Assembly: GCA_050294405.1 (NCBI GenBank)
Contig: JBNKOC010000004.1
Location: 32,001-96,000 of the forward strand
Origin: Fibrobacteria bacterium
GTDB taxonomy: Bacteria > Fibrobacterota > Fibrobacteria > UBA11236 > JADFYW01
DNA length: 64,000 nt
Direction: 5' to 3'
Position 1 is the stretch's first letter. Each line of letters opens with the position of its first letter. Positions 58,850-64,000 of this stretch are shown in pieces. The notes beneath the pieces are model-generated. The model saw nothing but the letters and a program-made list of their open reading frames with translations, made no database searches and was not told the origin of the DNA. The translations under genes were made by a program, and so were the position numbers.

Positions 58850-58955
58850 AGCATATGTTGAACTTTTAAAAATTTATTCTCGCGCAACGGAACGGCATTC
58901 GGATTTGCAACCTATTCTCCTCCCCCTTACCCTAGCAAATCCGGATTGCCGTTAC
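58850..58955 (+). ncRNA. Candidate sigma54-dependent small RNA (sibling 2)
   Basis: No ORF downstream of the promoter; 18-bp stem 58891-58908/58935-58953 (one G-U, one bulge) with a 26-nt C/U-rich loop; shares motifs with the 22692-22842 element; 3' end uncertain. Confidence 0.62.
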
Positions 58956-58961
58956 CCCAGT

Positions 58962-61007
58962 TCAATCCAGCAATAATTTTTTTCTTAAAAACCAATAAAC
59001 AGCCATTGTTAAAATTAAAATTACGGCAATCGCAAACTGGTTATAAAATTTAGTGGATTTTTTTTGAGTTTCTCTTATTTCCCCGGCATTAATTTGGGGG
59101 AGGGGCGATTTTGTATTAGTAAGTAATGATTCCCCATATATTATTTTGCCCGCGGATAACCTGGCCAGATTTTCCAACCTATAATAATCAAAACCAATTT
59201 TATTTAATTCCAGATTTTGTGCCGATTTAACTTCAATATATTTTTCAGCTAAGGTCGTACCGTTTGAATCCCGAAGGTTTAATGTATACGTGCCCTCATT
59301 TAGCTTTACATCCCATTCACTTACATTTCCCAGCCAGTTTTCCAAAGTTTGTGAAAAAGATTCTTTTTGACCCAAAACATTGAAAACCAGTTTTTGTTTA
59401 TCAACCTTGTTGCTACCAGGAACAATGGCTGCCAGATGCAATAAATTTCCTGCATGCAAATTTCCACGGATTTTTATTTGCGGATCGTTATGGTTTTCTT
59501 CTATGTAACTTGCAAATCCATTAACCACACTGGCAAAATACTCTTTCGACAAAATGCTGGAGTTGGGGCTAAACATGGTTTTCCAATAATCCTGCAAATG
59601 AAAGCCATATACATTCTCCTCGATTTCACCAAAAGCGCATCCTTTTTTTTGATTTTCATTCACCTCGCCCAGGCAAAGGGAATAATTGGTTGCTGGGTAA
59701 AAGCGTCCAGTTTTTTGGGGAATTTTGTTTAATGGCATTTCCAGATAATTAAAATGGCTGGCAGCAAAGGAGGAAACTTTTAGATTCGCAGAGGAAGAAA
59801 AAGCCAATAATTTCCCAGCTTTTTTAACCTTAAAAATTTTTTCAAACCCTGAGTTCCCGTATATCACCAAGGGAACTTTTTTAAGTCTTTCCAACTCAGC
59901 TTGAGAAAGGGATGCGTAATTTTTTTGGCTAAGCCAAAGCGTTTGTCTTTTGCCTGCTGAAAAGCTTTTAATATCTCCCCTGGATAAGAGCTCTACCCTA
60001 AAATCATTACCGGAGTTTAGAACTTGAATCAACCATCGTTCATCTGGGCTGGAAAGTGGAGTTAACATTAATATTTCCGGAAGATTTTCTTCCTTGGCAT
60101 AATTCGGCAAAAACAAAGTATCGTTGTAGGCGTATTCATTACTATTTGATTTCTCAACCACCAAGGATAGAGAATCCCCTAAATTTGAGGGTAAAACGAA
60201 TCTCTTTTTTCTTTGGAATAGGGCCTTGGAGTTATTTTTAACAGCTTCAATATCCACATCATATTTGGGAAGTTCTTTATTTGCGGAATGTGCTTTTACT
60301 TTAAATTTTGATATTTTCAATCCCGTTTGGCTGTAAGTCAATTCCAATTCCAGCTCATTGTCTTTTGCAAAGGATATAATCTCTAAGCTATCCAGTTGTA
60401 TATCATTAAGGGGAATGTTATTGAAAACCAGGGGAAACAACGGGGGGAAATTGGGATCCAATTCAAAAGAAGACATACCCTGATTTATCCGCCCATCGGA
60501 AATTAAAAATATGGCACGAGGCCGGCTTTTAGGATCTGAGTTTTGAATTTGGCTTAAAAGATTTTCCAGAGATGTCAAACTGCCTAAACTATCCCTATTA
60601 TTAGCTGTTTTCAAATTGGAAAAATCCTCCGGTCCAGTTGCCTGTACAGCAAAGTAGCTTACCTTGCTATCCACATCCAAATGGGAGTATTCTTTTTTTA
60701 GTTCAGTTAGAATTTCATTGTACGCTGAATCCAGCCCCAATCTTTGGCCGCTTTGAAAGCTGGAGCTAACATCCACAGCTATCAATACATAAGGCTTGTG
60801 GAATATTTCCGCTTCTTCGTTCCATTGTATTTTTAAAAGGCTTAAAACCAAAATAAGAATTGCTAAAAGTGGAAACCATTTCACGATTTTCCACAAAGAT
60901 AGACGGGCTTTTTCCCCTTTATATGCAATTAACCCCAACGCTGTTATTAAAACAATTAGCCCAAATACAAGGCTCCCAACATTCCAGCTAAAATCCAGAT
61001 AGCCCAT
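58962..61007 (-). CDS. Membrane protein with vWA-like (MIDAS) domain and C-terminal TM
   Basis: Two N-terminal TMs; IAVDVSSS, TSL and FLISDG MIDAS elements; L..LARLSAG; C-terminal W.LRKK. Confidence 0.75.
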   Translation of the reverse strand: MGYLDFSWNVGSLVFGLIVLITALGLIAYKGEKARLSLWKIVKWFPLLAILILVLSLLKIQWNEEAEIFHKPYVLIAVDVSSSFQSGQRLGLDSAYNEILTELKKEYSHLDVDSKVSYFAVQATGPEDFSNLKTANNRDSLGSLTSLENLLSQIQNSDPKSRPRAIFLISDGRINQGMSSFELDPNFPPLFPLVFNNIPLNDIQLDSLEIISFAKDNELELELTYSQTGLKISKFKVKAHSANKELPKYDVDIEAVKNNSKALFQRKKRFVLPSNLGDSLSLVVEKSNSNEYAYNDTLFLPNYAKEENLPEILMLTPLSSPDERWLIQVLNSGNDFRVELLSRGDIKSFSAGKRQTLWLSQKNYASLSQAELERLKKVPLVIYGNSGFEKIFKVKKAGKLLAFSSSANLKVSSFAASHFNYLEMPLNKIPQKTGRFYPATNYSLCLGEVNENQKKGCAFGEIEENVYGFHLQDYWKTMFSPNSSILSKEYFASVVNGFASYIEENHNDPQIKIRGNLHAGNLLHLAAIVPGSNKVDKQKLVFNVLGQKESFSQTLENWLGNVSEWDVKLNEGTYTLNLRDSNGTTLAEKYIEVKSAQNLELNKIGFDYYRLENLARLSAGKIIYGESLLTNTKSPLPQINAGEIRETQKKSTKFYNQFAIAVILILTMAVYWFLRKKLLLD

Positions 61008-62629
61008 TATTTTGGCAATTGGCTTATATCCATTTCGGAATGAAAAATCTGAGTTGAGCTGTCCGGGTAATCCATATTAAAATGAAGTCCACGGGATTCT
61101 TTGCGCTGAAGAGCGCAAACAATAATGAGTTCGGCAATCAAGGCCAGGTTGCGGATTTCAATTAAGTAGGGATCCACAGTATAGGACGCGTAATCAGAAA
61201 ACACCTGGGTGTTAATAAGGCGGATAAAATCCAGCGCGCGCTTAAGCCTTTTATCGCTGCGAACAATTCCAACATAATTCCACATTATGTTCTTGAGGTT
61301 TTCCAAAGCTGATGTATACACACTTAAGTCTTCAATGGGAACCACTTTGGAAGAATCCCACTCGCGAAATTGCCCTTCCTCAATTTTTCCTGGTTCAAGT
61401 CCAGATATATATTCAAAAGCAAGGTCGGAAAAAACAGCTGCTTCCAGCAAGGAATTTGAAGCCAGGCGGTTAGCTCCATGGACTCCGGTAGAAGCCGTTT
61501 CGCCACAGGCAAATAAGCCCTTCAAACTTGATTCGCTGTTTTCATTAACCTTTATCCCGCCGCAAATAAAATGGGCCGCCGGCACAACAGGAATCCAGTC
61601 CTTTTCCATGGAAAAGCCGCGCAATTTGCAATGAGAATATATGTTAGGGAAGTGTTTTTCCAAATTTTCCTGGCTAAAAGCAGTCATATCCAAATAAACG
61701 CATGGTTTTCCCGATAGTTTCATTTCCGCATCTATACATCGGGCTACAACATCTCTGGGAGCTAAGTCCGCCATGGGATGTTTATTCGCCATTATAGCAT
61801 CCCCATTTTGGTTGCGCAATATTCCCCCATGACCTCTTAATGCCTCTGAAATTAAAAATATTGGATGGCCTGGATCGTATAAACTTGTGGGGTGGAATTG
61901 AATAAACTCCATATCCTCCACCTTAGCCCCTGCTCGGACAGCCATAGCTATTCCATCTCCTGTGCTCACTTTATCGTTTGTGGTATAGGCATATACCTGA
62001 CCCGCCCCTCCGGTGCACATAATGGTATAGTGGGCTAAATACATTTCCACTTTTTTGCTTTGCAAATCTAAGGCGTAAATTCCATAACATGCCGGTTTCA
62101 TTTCTGTGAGCGCATGTCGGTGGGTAATTAAATCCAGCCCCATGTGTTTATCTTTTACCAGGATGTTAGGATTACGCTTCACTTCTTCCACCAAGGCCCT
62201 TTGAATTTCCCTGCCTGTTAAATCCTCCGAATGGAGAATACGGGAATTGGAATGGCCTCCTTCCCTCGCTAAATGGTAAGGAGAGCCCTCTCCCTTATTC
62301 TCAGTTTTGGAAAAACGCACGCCCCAATCCACCAATTTTTGAATGGCCCCTGGACCTTTATTAACCAAAATTTTTACCCTGTCATTTCGGCAAAGACCAG
62401 CTCCAGCCAAAAGCGTATCCTGAATGTGGTTTTCCAGGCTGTCTTTGGGAGCCATTACCGAGGCAATTCCCCCTTGGGCCAAATTTGTGGAACCTGAACT
62501 CTCAAAGGATTTGGTAATTATCAGAACTTTTCCCTTTTTAGCTGCATTTAGCGCAAAAGAAAGTCCTGCCAGTCCAGAGCCTACCACTATAAAATCAAAG
62601 GTTTTTTCCATAGAATTGAAATCTCTCAC
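61007..62629 (-). CDS. nadB: L-aspartate oxidase
   Basis: GSGLAGL, AQGGIA, REGGHS, QFHPT, LISEALRG, LAPRDVVAR, GVHGANRLASNSLLE and ESRGLH motifs; start may be 62611. Confidence 0.96.
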   Translation of the reverse strand: MRDFNSMEKTFDFIVVGSGLAGLSFALNAAKKGKVLIITKSFESSGSTNLAQGGIASVMAPKDSLENHIQDTLLAGAGLCRNDRVKILVNKGPGAIQKLVDWGVRFSKTENKGEGSPYHLAREGGHSNSRILHSEDLTGREIQRALVEEVKRNPNILVKDKHMGLDLITHRHALTEMKPACYGIYALDLQSKKVEMYLAHYTIMCTGGAGQVYAYTTNDKVSTGDGIAMAVRAGAKVEDMEFIQFHPTSLYDPGHPIFLISEALRGHGGILRNQNGDAIMANKHPMADLAPRDVVARCIDAEMKLSGKPCVYLDMTAFSQENLEKHFPNIYSHCKLRGFSMEKDWIPVVPAAHFICGGIKVNENSESSLKGLFACGETASTGVHGANRLASNSLLEAAVFSDLAFEYISGLEPGKIEEGQFREWDSSKVVPIEDLSVYTSALENLKNIMWNYVGIVRSDKRLKRALDFIRLINTQVFSDYASYTVDPYLIEIRNLALIAELIIVCALQRKESRGLHFNMDYPDSSTQIFHSEMDISQLPK

Positions 62630-62674
62630 AAAGATATCAATAACGACGGGTCCCGGCCATTCAATTTAAAATTC

Positions 62675-62703
62675 TTGCAGAATTTGCCCTAGTTAGGTAG
62701 ATT
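62675..62703 (+). promoter_or_regulatory. Sigma70-type promoter for the ppiD-like gene
   Basis: TTGCAG-N17-TAGATT; AGGAG RBS before ATG 62738. Confidence 0.5.
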
Positions 62704-62737
62704 TACCCGCCTAACTTCCAAAAATAGGAGACACGCC

Positions 62738-64000
62738 ATGGCTATGGTTTGGATAACCAAAAACGCTAAGTATTTTGTAATCACGTTTGGTGCATTGGTT
62801 GCCATTGGCATGTTGTTCATGTCTCCTATAACCGGTCAAGGCGGCACCCAAAGCACAACCTATATAGCCAAAGTAAATGGCGAAGTAATTTCCTTAGAAG
62901 AATTCCGCAACGAACTCAACCAATATCAGGAACAGGAACGCAATAACACTGGTGTTTCCCCCGATGGCAAGCAATTGGCTCAGATGAGAAAAAACCTTTT
63001 GGATTATAAAATTCGCACCACTATTTTAAATGAACTTATTGATAAGTACGGCTTTCACGCTTCTTCTGAGGAAATGTGGGATTATCTGGAAAACAACCCA
63101 GATCCAGTGGTTCAACAAGACACAAATTTCCAGACGAATGGCCAATATGATAAAGCTAAGTTTCTTAATTGGCTCCATCAGGAAAACAGCATTTCAAACC
63201 CCTATGTTCGTTACATGGAGTTTCGCATGAAGCAAATGATTATTCCTGAAAACCAAATCAGAACTCTTAGCCGCAACCAATTTCATGCCACCCATTTGGA
63301 AATGGCCTTCGATGATTTACAAAAACAGCGTAAAGCCAAATTTGTTTATTATAAAGTATTATTTGACTCTTTGCCTGCTGTGGATACAAGCATCAGTGAA
63401 GATGCCATTAAAGCTAAATTCGATGCCCTTCCAGATAGTTTTTACGTTAAAGAAGAATCCGCTCAATTGGGCTATATCAGCATTCCCATTATGCCTTCTT
63501 CAAATGATACAGCTATCAGTTTGGATTTGATTAAGGATATTCGGGATAAAATAGTGGATGGTGCTGAATTTGAAGAAATGGCCATTAGCTATTCCGACGA
63601 TGCTGGCAGTGCCGAAAATGGTGGCTCATTAGGAGGGCCACAACTTAAATCTGTTTGGGTTCCCAAATTTTCTGAGGTGGCTTTCAACCTTGAAGAAGGA
63701 CAAGTATCCGAACCTGTTTTGACGCGTTTTGGTTATCATTTAATTCGCTGTAATAAGATTGTTGAAGACAGCGTAAAAAAAGTAGATGCCAGCCACATCC
63801 TGATAAAAATAGAAGCCACGCCCGAAACGGTAGACAGCCTTGTCCAAGAATTAGAACAAGTTAAAACTGAAGTTTCCAAAGCCGGAGATCTAAAAGCTCT
63901 GGCTGAAAAACAAGGACTTCAGTATGCTACTACTCCCAGTTTTCAAAAGTGGAATTTTTCTCCTATGGGCCCCAATTCTTACATATCTGGAATGCACTCT
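62738..64000 (+). CDS. ppiD: PpiD/SurA-family periplasmic chaperone/parvulin PPIase, truncated by the window end
   Basis: Translated by hand, as it is absent from the ORF track (no stop codon): N-terminal TM, AKVNGEVI SurA-N domain, parvulin FEEMA..YSDD.GSA.NGG.LG...F...AF.L..G.VSEPV.T.FGYHLI. Confidence 0.88.
   Translation, partial: MAMVWITKNAKYFVITFGALVAIGMLFMSPITGQGGTQSTTYIAKVNGEVISLEEFRNELNQYQEQERNNTGVSPDGKQLAQMRKNLLDYKIRTTILNELIDKYGFHASSEEMWDYLENNPDPVVQQDTNFQTNGQYDKAKFLNWLHQENSISNPYVRYMEFRMKQMIIPENQIRTLSRNQFHATHLEMAFDDLQKQRKAKFVYYKVLFDSLPAVDTSISEDAIKAKFDALPDSFYVKEESAQLGYISIPIMPSSNDTAISLDLIKDIRDKIVDGAEFEEMAISYSDDAGSAENGGSLGGPQLKSVWVPKFSEVAFNLEEGQVSEPVLTRFGYHLIRCNKIVEDSVKKVDASHILIKIEATPETVDSLVQELEQVKTEVSKAGDLKALAEKQGLQYATTPSFQKWNFSPMGPNSYISGMHS

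Noticed and set aside
58855..58869. Four-codon ORF (MLNF) after the sigma54 promoter
   Set aside because: Too short, weak RBS, and no counterpart in the sibling element.

Overview
This is a gene-dense, AT-rich chromosomal segment from a diderm bacterium. The gene styles suggest the FCB group, possibly Fibrobacterota, but that is inference only. Housekeeping content: lspA, rluD, topB, aroD, argF, ispE-tRNA(Gln)-rplY-pth, lgt, zwf, yicC, tRNA(Cys), hisN, a reduced dcw cluster (mraZ-rsmH-ftsL-ftsI-murE-murF-ftsW-murC-ftsQ-ftsA-ftsZ, with no mraY, murD or murG), nadB and a partial ppiD. Accessory modules: a peptidase/propeller/Omp85 fusion, a KaiC-like ATPase + two small membrane proteins + stand-alone receiver operon, a TolA-like/TolB-like/TPR + family-5 ABC transporter operon, and a Ser/Thr kinase + TPR + 1533-aa FN3/PA14/Ig lipoprotein locus. 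The most striking unannotated signal is non-coding. Two intergenic + strand elements (~22692-22842 and ~58850-58955) share a 5' motif TCGCGCAAC[C/G]GAA and an ~18-bp stem of different sequence presenting a conserved AACCUA..CCUCCCC (anti-Shine-Dalgarno-like) loop. One lies behind a consensus CRP box at class II spacing, the other behind a sigma54 -24/-12 promoter with upstream palindromes. Together they are a candidate family of sibling small RNAs. Also seen: tandem NrdR-type boxes upstream of the dcw cluster, an FNR-type operator next to a Crp/Fnr gene, and a 130-bp MITE-like element. No database searches or folding programs were run, so all calls are by eye.
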